Below, in pieces: positions 10,283-22,345 of a DNA stretch of 64,000 nucleotides (the stretch's first letter is position 1; each line of letters begins with the position of its first letter). The stretch lies in assembly GCA_013265495.1 (NCBI GenBank), contig MU058257.1:317418-381417 (forward strand), read 5' to 3'. The DNA comes from Vicugna vicugna. Its lineage: Eukaryota. A model generated the notes under the pieces. The model saw only the letters and a list, made by a program, of their open reading frames with translations. It ran no database searches and had not been told where the DNA came from. Position numbers and translations under genes: made by a program.

Positions 10283-12324
10283 GCACTAAGAACGCTGAAG
10301 CTCAACTGAAAGAATCTACATTCTTCCTAAGCCTATGTAAATCAGTCTTGATACAATATGTAGCTGACTTGCTGTTGTGTTCAACTTCTTTGGTAAATAA
10401 TCAGCAAGACATCTTATACTTGCTTCAGAATTTAGCTTCTAAGGGAGATAAAGTGTCCAAAGAAAAATGACAATCATGTAAAGCTAATGTAAAATATTTA
10501 GGCCATACGATATCTAAGGAAGGGCTCTAAATAGACCGGACAGAGTGAAGGGCGACCTGGCGTTCCCTGCCCCTAAAACAGAAAGACAACTAAGGGGGTT
10601 TCTAGGCCTTGCGGCTACTGCAGGGATTCCAAATTTTTCTTTAGTGGCTCAACCATTATATAATTTACTTAAACAAGACCAAACTGAACCTCTTTGCTGG
10701 GAAACAGAACATTCTAAAGCCAACGGAGACCCTAAATGGCCTTCTGGCATCCGAATTATGATTTATCCTTTTTTTCTCTTTGTACATGAAACCAAGGGTG
10801 TCACACTAGGAGTATTAACCCAACAGCACAGTGTTACTACCCACCGATAGGACGTTACAGCCAGCAGCCAGACGCAGGAGCCCAGGGCCTCCCCACTCGT
10901 CTCCCAGCTGTCACAGCAACAGCTGTGCTGTGTCAAACCACAGAAGAGACAGTCATAAGCCAGCCTCACACAGGCTTTGTTCCCCACTCCACAAAAGCTT
11001 TACTAAACTCTCACCGCACACATCATCACTCAGCTTTGTTCTCCCCAGGGGTGACACACTTAACCCAGCCACCCTGCTCGCAGGAGAATCAGACGTCAAC
11101 AATGACAAGCATGACCATATTAACTGACAATCTTTTATCTCCTAGGATTGACCTTTGAGAAAGTCCAGTGGATAATCTTGAATTTGTGTTACTTACTGAT
11201 GATTCACATCTCGGAGGACCACATGGAAAGTACCAGGCTGGCATCGCCATTGTTTCTCCAGTGTCTGTCCTTGAAAATGCTCCCTCGCCTAATGTCTTTC
11301 CTGCCCAACAGGCTGAATTCACAGCTGTAACAAGAGTCTGTCGGTTGGCAAAGGAAAAGCTACTAATATTTACTCAGGCAACTGCTTTTTTTTTGGAGTG
11401 GTACATGTCTTTAAAACAAAGCGGATTTTTAACATCCTCAGGACAGCCCGTCAAAAATGGGAAACAAGAAACAGAGTTATAGTCCGCTACCAGTGCACTA
11501 GCCATGATGAAGACATGGGTCATTCAAAGGCTGATGCTGCAGAAGCAGAAGGGAACTCTAGCTGATCATGCCGCCAAGACAGCAGTTCTACAAAACCATG
11601 GTGACCAACTAGCCACTGCCTTTCCCTCCCGGCCTCCCAGGAACCTTACTGACATATTAAAATTTCAGAGAAAGGCGCCAGATAAGGAAAAAGACACCTG
11701 GACACAGAAGGGAGGAAAATTCAGTTCTAACAAAAAGGTGTGGATAGGCCCAAACAGAAGCATATTCTTCCATTTGGAGTTCAATACCGACCATATTTTA
11801 TAATATGTTCATGAGTTAACTCATTGGAACCCAGATAAGATGGTGCCATGGGGTAAACAATATTTTTGGAAGCCTTCTTGCACTGAAGTTTGGAAGATAT
11901 ATTCAAGATGCAGTATTTGTCCCAAATACAACCCAGGGAAGCCATCACATAATTCTCAAGGAAATTTTCCATTACCCGCGGGTCCTTCTGAAATAGGCAG
12001 ATGGGTTTTATACAAAGGCCTCCCTCCCAATGTTATCAATACGTTATTGCTACGACTTGCATGTTTCACACTGGATTGAGGCATTCCCATGTAGAAGGGT
12101 TACAGCACAATCAGCAGGGAAACTGATTTTAGAAAGAGTGATTCCTATTGGAGGAGTCTCTTCAGGACTCCATACTGATAGAGGAACCCATTTTACTGGA
12201 CAAACTGTTAAAGAAATTTGTAAGATTTGGCCAATTATGCAACATTTTCATTGTGCCTATCACCCCCAGTCTTCTGGGTTAGTAGAAAGGACAAATGGAA
12301 CAATTAAAATCCAACTGGCTAAAA

Positions 12325-12541
12325 AACAAGTTTCTACTGTGTATCACAGGGAAGTATATTCAATATCTTATAGCAACCTATAATGAGAACGAATATGAAA
12401 ATGAATATATGTATGTATATGTATGCCTAAAACATTATGCTGTACACCAGAAATTGATACAACACTGTAAACTGACTATACTTCAATAAAAAAAAGAATG
12501 CAAAACAAAACCAAAAACAAACGCCCCGCAAACCAACACCA
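12325..12541 (+). mobile_element. 5'-truncated L1 3' end inserted in provirus B integrase
   Basis: L1 3'UTR, AATAAA plus A-rich tail, and a 14-bp TSD CCAACTGGCTAAAA (12311-12324 / 12542-12555). Confidence 0.9.
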
Positions 12542-13090
12542 CCAACTGGCTAAAATTATGGATGTTCATTCCTTACCTTGACCTGAGGCCCTTCCATTGG
12601 TTCTCCTCAACCTCAGATCCACCTCTTTTGGCAAACATTATTTGTCTCACTTTGAGATTATCGTGGGGAGACCAATGAGATTGGATGAAGGATTATACGA
12701 ATCTTTATTATTAAAGGGGGATATATTACATCATTGCAAAGGTTTAATTGAATTATTAACTGGACATTCTAAGCTTGTTTATGAAGCTTATCACAGTAAT
12801 CTATCCTCAAATGAAGACCAGATGCCTCATGACGTACAACCAGGAGATTATGTTCACTGGAAAGGGTATCATTTAAAGGACTCCCTCCAACCTAGATGGG
12901 CGGGCTCTTATCGGGTTCTTTTAACCAGCTCATGCACAACAAAACTGAAGGGAATTGACTCTTGGATCCATATTTTCCACCTAAAAAGGGCCCCTGCACT
13001 GGACTGGTCTACAGAGAGACTGCTGACCTCAAACTCACCTTAAACAACGCTCTAACAGGAAAGAGGCATCAGCGCCAGGACTAAGAGGAG

Positions 13091-14506
13091 ATGACGACAT
13101 CAGAAGCAGCCAGCTGTCCCAAGATGCCAGACCTGACCCATATGATTATTTATAACCTTCTCTTCTTCATTTCTTGGACTTCTGCACACGAATCAAATGT
13201 TTTTCTATTGTGGGCACAATCCTATGCAATTTTTAGAAAACAATCTAATTGTTGGGTCTGTGGTCAACTGCCTGCATCCAGTACTTCTGGGTCACCTTGG
13301 TGGATTTCTCTTCTCCAAGGCTCTGATTGGATGGCCCTTAGGAAATTTATTTTAGAAGAACAAAATTACAGTTCTGTCCTGGCCACTGTTGATATAATTA
13401 GATGGGACCCCCTCACTTGGCCGATCAGACATACTTATTCTGACCCTGGCCATAAGTGTGAGTTTTCCCTTGAGGTTACTCAAGCTCAGTCAGAACAACG
13501 AGCTAAGTTTCAATCAAAAAATGTAATCTCTCATCTGTTAGGAGGGACCTTCACTCAGTTATGGGATGGGTTCATTTGGCTAGCACCAGGCTATGGTCGC
13601 CTAAGCTTAAAGGCCCCCCTGTGTTAGGGACAATTAAATTATACTAAAGATAACCAGCCTAACAACACCAGGAGGTTAGGCTGGGTGCCTTCTGAAAAAT
13701 GCCAGTGTGTCATTTCCCTTAAAGACAGTCATTGGTATGGAACAGACTGGGTCAGGCAACCAGGAATATACTGAGTCACACCTAATGGAACTCAATGGCT
13801 TTATGGGTCCAACTTATGGCCTTGGCTTCTGCCAGGATGGATAGGAAGATGTCCTTCAGGCTTCCTTTGGGCTCAAGGCCACTTATGTGCTAATTTAGAT
13901 ACAACCCTAGCAAATTTACCATCAAGACAAGCCCAGTGGACCAAGAGATCTGTATTTCACTGGTGTGAGCACTCAGCAACTATTTTTGTGCCTTCAGTAG
14001 GACTGGAAGATGTGATTTCCCATGTCGAAGCCTCAACAGAATTCACCCCAAAGGCCTTAAATGATAGTAACCAAGCTGTTAGCCTACTAAATTCTGGGGT
14101 CTCTAAGATGAGGACAGCTGTGTTACAAAATTGTATGGCCCTTGACATCCTGACAGCATCTCAAGGAGGCGCCCGTGCCATAATTCAGACTGAATGCTGT
14201 GCTTTCATACCAGATGCGTCCTCCAACAGAAAGCATCTCGTGATCCACGTGAAAAGTCAGGTTGCTGCCTTAGGTGATCCACTTCCCAGCCTTGGTGATC
14301 TTTTGGGCAGCTGCTTTGTCTGCGGAAGCGCATGGCCTAAATCCCCACTTGCGGCTTCATTAATGTTACTAGCTGTGTTACTTACATCCTCTCTGCCTTA
14401 CAAGATTGTCATCGTTTACATTTCCCAACGTGAAACCAGGCCTCTGACAAAACTGGTGATGGCTAAGCATCTTGAGGAAATAAATCATACTTATAACTTT
14501 ACATAG
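13091..14506 (+). pseudogene. Provirus B env, EnvR(b)/PABL_B-like; single frame with two stops
   Basis: Signal peptide from ATG 13142, SNVFLLWAQSYA, CWVCGQLP, WDGFIWL, PNGTQWL, WTKR cleavage site, ISD LQNCMALDILTASQGG, TECC, TM helix. Stops TAG 13625-13627 and TGA 13772-13774. Confidence 0.88.
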
Positions 14507-14767
14507 AATAATTGAAATACTGCAATTCTAGGTATGGGAAGAAGCAACAAGGGAAAACCTTTCCTGGATCATAAAAGATTAGTAAGACAGGCGATTCAGA
14601 GAATTTTTAGATTATCAACAGGGCCTGATCGAAAAATTCGTACCTTGAGTGGAATATAAACAGAATCTTCACCTGACTTACCTATAAGCCTTCCTAGCAC
14701 TGTGGGACAAAATTTGTCATTAAATGTTTTCAAAATATTGGTCGAATTTAGGATCAAGGGGGAGCGC

Positions 14768-15262
14768 TGTGAATGAAAATATTGCTTGCCATATCAGTGA
14801 ACAAAGGATGCTGCTTCCATCAGCCACCACCGCTGCCCCCAACAGTGAGTGGAGGGAATTCAGAATGGAGAGAAGCAGGTAGCCTGGCCTCTGCTGCCAC
14901 CCCCAATGGTGCAGCCTGAGGGAACTCAGGATGTGAAAGAACAGGAGACTAGCCCCAGATAGCTAGGTGCACATCAAAGGAAAGATGTCAATGAACCCAG
15001 ATTTTCACATCTTCCCATACATAGAAAAGTGCTAAATTTCTTGAGATATCTGGTTTTCTATAATTAACAGTAATCTTTTAATGCTCTGACTACCTGGTGT
15101 TTTTTGCAAAATCTCTTATATATTCTGGCTCTTCCCTTGCCTCTATGGAGCCGTCTCTTAGAGCCATCTGAGAGGCCACCTCCATGGGCTCGAATCCTCA
15201 GAAAGTCCGCTGAATAAAACGTAACTCTCAACTTTTAGGTTGTGCATGTTTTTCAGTCGACA
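14768..15262 (+). mobile_element. 3' LTR of provirus B
   Basis: Direct repeat of 4252-4754, preceded by purine-rich AGGATCAAGGGGGAG; AATAAA at ~15213. Confidence 0.92.
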
Positions 15263-17478
15263 CTCCTGTGCATTGTGGATCTGGTGGGCAGGAGGGGTTC
15301 AGCATTCCCCAGATTCCACTAGTATTTCCCATATTTATTTGACCCTGGAAGACTTTCATCTTGGAGCACCTCGTAGTACTAGTGTATGCAAACTTGGGGA
15401 CCCTACATCTGAATATATTCCCCACTCTGGGCTGTAACTGGAAGTGACATAGGATGGTGCCCTCTCCCTCCAATGAGATGCATTTTGGCGTCCAGTAGGA
15501 GGAAGAGGGCCAGGGGTCATGCACGCCATTTCCCATCCCTTTGGTTCCCCAGGCCTGTAGTGCAGGACTGAGCCTAGTAGAGCCCCCGCGCCGGCTTGCC
15601 GGAAAAGCCATCCCCACAAGGAGGGCAAGGTGGCGGCCTGTATGCCTGTTTTCCTTTAGCACAGCTCAGCCCCCACCCAGGTTTCTTGAGGTGGCTCAGT
15701 TCCTCTCCCCACTGGGCCCTGCCTCCAGCCTTGCCAAGCTGACCTGACTGTGGCGAACCCAGGATATAAGCCATATATTCACCAGGTTCCTGGATGGCCG
15801 GGGGCCCTAGTCAGCTTGGCCCACACTTCTTATCCCAAAGAACTCACTTACATGCCTCACCAGCACATCCTTTCCTTTCCGTTCCCCCAGACAGCCCATC
15901 CTGAAACCAGAAAGCAGCTCTGCATTTCATCTCGAGAGAGAGACAGTGCCTTTCTTCAGAAGAGTGAACAACTTTCCAGGTGCCAGTGCAGGCCCAGATT
16001 ATCAATAATACCTCTGTCCCTGCAAAGGTGTGCCAGACTCTGCCTGTCAGGCACTCCTTGGCTAGGAAAGAGGCCTGATACGAACACGGGACAAAGAGCA
16101 AGCATCCGCTGTCTCCACCAAGTGCCAGACACACTGGAATGCTCACAGGCCGGGAGGATTTCAAGGACGGACAGCCAGCCAGGTGTTGGAGGGCTCAGAG
16201 ACAGAACAGAGCTCGATCTAGGAGGACTGGTAGAGTTGTCTTTTCTTTTTTCTTTTTAAGAGCACTTTTGGTTTTTTCCCTCCTGATTATAAAATGACCG
16301 CATGACCATTGTACAAAACTTGAAAAATACAAAGCACCCCCCAAAACTAGAGGAAGAAAATAAGAACCACCCCTATTCCAAGTTTTTTCAATGCATATTT
16401 TTCAAATAAAAATATGTATTTTAGTAAAAAGTTGCATGAGTCTGTGAATATGTGTATATAAAACACACACACATATACACGCATGTATAATCAGTGTACA
16501 TAGATTTATCCTCATGGTTCTCAACCTTGGTTGTTCATAATAATCACTTCACATGCTTGTAAAAGCTACTGATGTCCAGACCCTTGAATAAGAAGAGGTT
16601 ATCAGAGGCTGGGGAGATGGATGTATTAACTAGTTTGATTGTGGTGATCACAGTGTGTACGGCCATCAAATATCAAGTTGTACACCTTAAATACATGTAA
16701 TTCCGTCTTGTTGATTACACTTCAATAAAGCTGGGAAAAATAAAAAGACTCAGAGGCTTTTTAATCAGCACTTGCTGATAAAAAAGACATGAAATGTTCA
16801 AAGTCCACATGCATACAGAAAAAGACTCAGAAGTTGAGGTCCAACCTTGGTAGTTTTAAAGCACCAGGGAGATCTGAATTTGCAGGCAAGTCTGAGAACC
16901 ACATCTATAAACGCTCTAGAGTAAGACGAACCCACCCAGCCCGAGAGTGAGAACACTCAGGTCTCCCGACCCGATGGCGAGAGCAAAGGGTCTAGGAGTT
17001 CATTCTCGCTCCTGCGGGGCATCACGTGTTCTGCCGGCAGCAGTATATGCTCCCTTGGCTGCATCTTGGGAGGCCGGTCTTGGGACCACGCCTGGTGAGA
17101 TTAGGGTTTGTGCTGGAACCTGGCCTCAGCGAGTTGAGTTCAAGCCAGCAGGCAGGGTCAAGTCTTCAGTTCTTAAAATGATTGCAACTGCTAGACTGTG
17201 GTCATGCAGAGCAATGAGCCTACATGGGTGGGCTTCTCACCTTCGAGCGTGGTCTTCAGGACGGGGCTTCAAGCTACTCTGAGTGGGATGCTTTTTAAAT
17301 CCATGATGGGTCAACTTCTGAGCAGTGGAGATTAGGGTGTGGTACACCAATAGGCCCAGGCACCAAGATGCCACTCCCAAAGCCTGGGGCCGCTCAGGAA
17401 GTGGGCATGGTTCAGTCTTGTGGGTCAAAAGGCTGAGGAAGGTTGAGGAAGGCTGAGGAAGGTGGGAGGCAGTGAGTG

Positions 17479-18121
17479 TGTTAGAGCAGGCAGACAGCTA
17501 GCTATGAGCAGAGAAGGGGGACACAGACCAAATGGCAGGAATTGGGCAGAAAGGAGGGGCACAAGCCAAATGCAAGAAATCACACATCATGTAAGCAGCA
17601 GGGGCCCCTGGGCAGAGAAAGAAAAGCAGGAACCTTGGGGCTGATAAAGGATCATATTTTTTGGGGTGACAAGTGGCCTGGAGAACAAAGAAAGGTGAGA
17701 AAAGGCAGGAATTTCTAGTGTCCAAATGTAACCTTTTGCTCATTATGCCCTCATTTCAATAAAATTAGCCTTGCAGATCAGAGGTGCCCATCATGCACCG
17801 ACCCCAGGACACTTCCGATCCAGACTAAATAAGGACAAAAACCTCTCCTCCCTTTGGGAACGTGGAGTTGGGATGATAATCAGGGAATACGACCCCAAAC
17901 CCCAGAGAATATTTTGCCCATTCATTTTTACACCCTATGTAGCTAATTTGCCAAAGAAACTCAGGGCAGCCGCTCACCTGAGTCTGCCCGCTCTCCCCTT
18001 GAGAGTGTATCCATCCTTTAATAAATCCTCACTTTACTTTTTTTAACCACTACGTCTCGTCTCTGAATTCTTTCTGGGACGGGACAAGAACCTGGAACAC
18101 TGGTTGCATCTATTGGCAACA
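17479..18121 (+). mobile_element. Intact solo ERV LTR
   Basis: TGTTAG...GCAACA termini, AATAAA at ~18020, perfect 4-bp TSD AGTG (17475-17478 / 18122-18125). Confidence 0.88.
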
Positions 18122-20352
18122 AGTGTGCCTAGAAAGGTTAGGGCACATGTGACTGTGGTGGCACAGGGCAGTCTGGAGGTGGAGGCTGAGTGCTCTGCTC
18201 TAGCTGCTGTAATGGGGAGTAGAGCAAGGGTCCTTCACTTATTTCTTTGGGGAGAGGTGAGCCCTAGGTGACTCTCAGTCTGGGGTCTTAAGCCCAAGGG
18301 ATGACAAATCACAGCAGTCTTAGTGATCAGGTCTTTCTGGTTCCATGGTCAAGAAGTCAGGGGAATTCTGGGGCAGGAACTGCCCAAGATCCCCTTCACT
18401 GACCTGAAACACCCCTCCACACCCTCCTCTGCCTCCTCCACACCTCCTCCCCCTCTGCCTCCCCTGAGACCTATCAAAGAGACTCATTTTCAGAACAGCG
18501 AGGATCTATCTATCCATTCCAGGTGATCCATCTTCCAGAAAAATGGGGCCAACTCACTGTTCCCTTCCATCACTAACTCACTTTACTCAATCCTACTCTA
18601 AAGTGATTCATCAGCAAACCAGGAGAAGCTGTTACACAGGAACCCCTTTCTGAGTAGAGCATTTGGCTACCAAAACTGCTGCGGCTTCTTGTCAACAACC
18701 ATTATGATAGCATCACGTTCTCACATCTTTCAAAACATTTTCAGTAAGTACATAGCATTCTCTCACACACAGACCATACATCATGTGTGTGTGCCCCACT
18801 GTTTTATTTAGACTGTCTCCAGTTTTGCACTTTTGTAAATAAAGATACTTTAAACCCCCTCGCACATGAATCCTTGTGATAAGTATGGGATTTTTGGTGG
18901 GGGTTAGGGATAGTACTTCAGTGTGAGAAACAGAACAGAGGTGGCAAAGATGAGAGTTGGAAAAAATATAAGGCAAGTTCAGAGGACCCACAGGTCCTAA
19001 GAAATCCCTGAATTCAAAGTGATACTACATACATTTACTTGGCACAGGACAGACCCTGACCAATAAGAATCAAGGTTAGCTGTGGGAACAGAGCAGGGTC
19101 CTGGAGGTTCCCTGCTGGACCACGCACCATCCCTTTGGATAACAGATTATGGAAAGTGGAGGTCCTGGGAGAGAGCCTGGGGCACCTGGGCTCAGGAAAG
19201 TGGCTATTTACCAATTAATAAGGATGTATTTTGATATTTTAGTAACTGAATAGCAATAACAGAGATTGCAGCTGAATATCAACTCAGACATTCATGGCAG
19301 CACTACATACAGCTGTAGGATACCTCATGCCCTTCCCAGAGCTTTCCTCAGCTAACATGTCATACATCCTAGTGATGGTGAGGACAAATATTTCTTGGCT
19401 TCCTTGTATGGCACGTGGGGAAAGCAAGACACAGAGAAGGGTCTACAACATTCTCTGCAGACTCAAGGAAGTCGTTGGTCACACTGGGAATAGAACATGA
19501 GCCTCATGAAGCTGATTCACTCTGAATGGAGCTATCTCCTGCCAGACTCCATTTCAAGAGGAGATGTCTAGACACCATTTTCACAGGGACTGATAATGAG
19601 TGTCACAGAGCTTTATATATATATCTATGACACTCTGGCTAGGTGCTTAGAGAAATGAATGTCTTTCACAGGAAAATAAGAAACAGAAAGGTTTTAGAAG
19701 TGTTGTCCTGACTCACAAAGCCCTCATTTTCCACACCCACCTGTGTCAACACAGTCAGATCCAGAGGGACTTCAAATGAGTTGAAGCCTTTATTTTTCTT
19801 TTGCAAACTGTCACTCTCCTACTCAACAAACAAGCCTTCACATTCACATGTAAGGCGATTCCTTCTTAGCGAGGAGGTGGCGGGAAAGGTGTTCATCTGT
19901 ATGCTCTGGGGGAGCTCTTGAGGAGACTAAGCTCTGGGACCTCCTGGTTCCCAGGGTCATGAGTCTCCCTTTTGGTATAATCCTTAACCCACCTCTACCA
20001 CGTGGCGGGGGTAGGGGGTGCCCAGGAACATAGTTAATCCACTGAAAATGAAGTGAAATGAAAGAACATAATGTATTCTTAGTATCAGGTGTAGGCAATG
20101 GACGTTTCTGTATTTAGTCCAGGATAACACTGCCCATGGGATACGGCCTCACTTGCATGGACATACCCCCCAAGGGTCATTTCCACATCCAGGAGTTATG
20201 CCCTCTGTTCCTCATGGTTCAAGTGGTATGTTGAGTCAGCGCTCCTGTCAAAGTTAAAACCATACCAGACAAAGCAAGGAAGAGTTTATTCGAGACTGTC
20301 GTAACAGAGGAGAGAGAGTGAACTCAGCACCACTGATACAAAGAGCTGAGGA

Positions 20353-20982
20353 TTTTTTTCTTCAATTGAAGTAGAATTGATTCAGAATATTATATTAGTT
20401 TCAGGCATATAATATGGTAACTTGACATTTTTCTAGACTATATTCCGTACAAAGTTATTATAAAATACAGTTACTATAAAATACTTGTGCTGTACATTAC
20501 AGCCTCATAACTTACTTATTTTATACCTAGTAGTTTGTACCTCGTAATTGCCTTCTCCTATCTTGTTCCTTCCACTTTACCTCTCTCCTCTGGTAACCAC
20601 TAGTTTGTTCTCTGTATCTGTAAGTCTGGTTTTGTTTTGTTATATTTGTTTATTTGTTTTATTTTTTAGATTCTATATATTAGTGAAAACACAGTATTTG
20701 TCTTTCTCTGACTTATTTCACGAAGCGTAATACCCTCCAGGTCCACCCATGTTGTTGCAAATGGCAAAATTTTGTTCTTTTCATGGCTGAATAATATTCC
20801 ATTGTGTATATATACCACATCTTGCTTACCCATTCATCTGTTGATCGGCACTTAGGTTTTTTCCATATCTTGGCTTTTGTAAACCATGCTGCTATGGACA
20901 TTCAGGTACATGTATCTTTTTGAATTAGTGTTTTCATTTTCTTGGATAAATACCCAAGAGTGGAACTGCTGGACTGTACAGT
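20353..20982 (-). mobile_element. L1 3' end
   Basis: Poly-T start; the antisense frame encodes L1 ORF2 C-terminus KMWYIYTMEYYSAMK. Confidence 0.88.
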
Positions 20983-21056
20983 AGAGCTGGAGAGGTTTTA
21001 AGAGCTAGGGTGGGGGGACTCTTAGGCCACCTGTGTTTGGCATTCACAAATGAGTA

Positions 21057-21195
21057 GGGGAGGGTACAGCTCAAGTGGTAAAGCACATGCCTAGCATGTG
21101 CATGGTCCTGGGTTCAATCCCCAGTACCTCCTCTGAAAATAACCAAATAACCAAATAACCAAATCTAATTACCTTCCCTAGCCAAGAAAAAAAAA
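21057..21195 (+). mobile_element. tRNA-derived SINE (vic-1-like)
   Basis: A/B boxes and tail as in the copy at 10156. Confidence 0.85.
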
Positions 21196-21869
21196 CACAC
21201 ACATACAAATGGAGTAAAGTGTCCACCAGAGTCAGGTGCCTACCTCTCACAGAGACTGGGAAATAAAAGTGCTCTCTATCACCTTTGGAGTTTTCATTTC
21301 AAAAACATGATTTCTAGTCCTTGAGAAAGACACTTCCTGGGTTGAATGACTGGCAAGAGGTTAGAAAGTCTGTATATGTTTCAAAGGTGCAGGGTAAGAA
21401 TTTACAAGTGCAAGTTTTCTAAATTAAATGTTCTTTAAAAAGGGAAGTCCGTGGCTTATATTCAGAAAGAAACCTGTCTAAAGTTCATCCAAACCGAGGG
21501 GAATATTAAGGCCATCTGGGTTGCCCTCTAAGGTGATCCACAAATGCACCACAGAATTTATGTCTGCTGCTTGAGAAGGGCCTTCACCCAGTGATACATG
21601 AAGTTGGAAATTTTTAGGTCCCTGTGTGAGTACCTTCTTACAAAGAGCCCACTGCAATGAGCTCACAAATGTCTCCTTTCAATGCCCTCACCCCACAGTA
21701 TTTTCACTGATGAATGTTTACTGAAACATTTATACAGCATCGATTTGGTGCCAGGGACCATTTCAGGTATGAAAAAGGTGGAAACGTCTCCTCAGAGAGA
21801 CCTCACAGGACTGAAGAAGAGAGGTGAGTACATGAACATTTCAGCTATAATCGAAGAGCTCCTCAGAAG

Positions 21870-22345
21870 TTAAGCATGGAGTTACCACTGGATCCAACAA
21901 TTCCGCACCTAGGTATCACCCGACAGAAATGAAGGCACATGCCCACCCGAAAACCTGTGCAAGAATTTTCACAGCAGTATCATTCATAGCCAAAAGGTAG
22001 AAACAACCCAAGTGTCCCTTAATTGGTGAGTGGATAAATAAAATACGGTGTATCTGTACAACAGGGTGTTTTTCAGCAATGAAAAGAACGAGGCACTGAT
22101 GCATGCTACAACTGCATGGACCTTGGACACGGTCTTCAGAGTGAAAGAAGCCAGTCACAGAAGGCTACCAATCGTATGACTCCACTTAAGAGAAATGTCC
22201 AGAATAGGCAAGACCACAGGGACAGAAGCAGATTAGTGGTTGCCCAGGGGTTTGGGGAAAATGAGGAGTGACTGCTAATGCATATGGAGGTTCTTTTTTG
22301 GGGTGATAAGTGTTCTGAAAGTGATTGTCAGGATAGTTTAGTACA
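21870..22345 (+). mobile_element. Old L1 3' fragment
   Basis: ORF2-end/3'UTR motifs (gaaacaacccaagtgtcc, gtgaaagaagccagtcacag, aataggcaa). Confidence 0.78.

Larger units (their letters stand above)
9125..13043 (+). pseudogene. Provirus B pro-pol, heavily disrupted
   Basis: Protease C-half VQMVGVS; RT SPCNTPILP, WTVMPQGY, QYVADLLL (YVDD eroded), LRGFLGL; RNase H AQQAEF; integrase HTDRGTHFTGQ, YHPQSSGLVERTNG, DSWIH. Many frameshifts and SINE/L1 insertions. Confidence 0.9.
4252..15262 (+). mobile_element. Provirus B: full-length decayed class I ERV (LTR-gag-pro-pol-env-LTR), PABL_B/HERV-R(b)-like
   Basis: Paired LTRs TGTGAATG...TCAGT(T/C)GACA, PBS after the 5' LTR, purine-rich tract before the 3' LTR, degenerate TSD GTCC/CTCC. 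The flanks rejoin as cagagcctttaatatg..tgtgcattgtg. Confidence 0.93.
20246..21530 (-). mobile_element. Old ERV LTR relic interrupted by an L1 3' end and a SINE
   Basis: LTR-like antisense pieces at ~20246-20350 and ~20985-21530 flank the L1; agagctg occurs on both sides of the L1. Confidence 0.55.

Noticed and set aside
15228..17428. ORFs of 100-170 aa downstream of provirus B
   Set aside because: No recognisable domain or exon structure; expected by chance in GC-rich DNA.
17430..17462. 10-bp unit x3 (GGYTGAGGAA), plus the CA/TCTG microsatellites at ~33317, ~39860 and ~42040
   Set aside because: Ordinary simple repeats.
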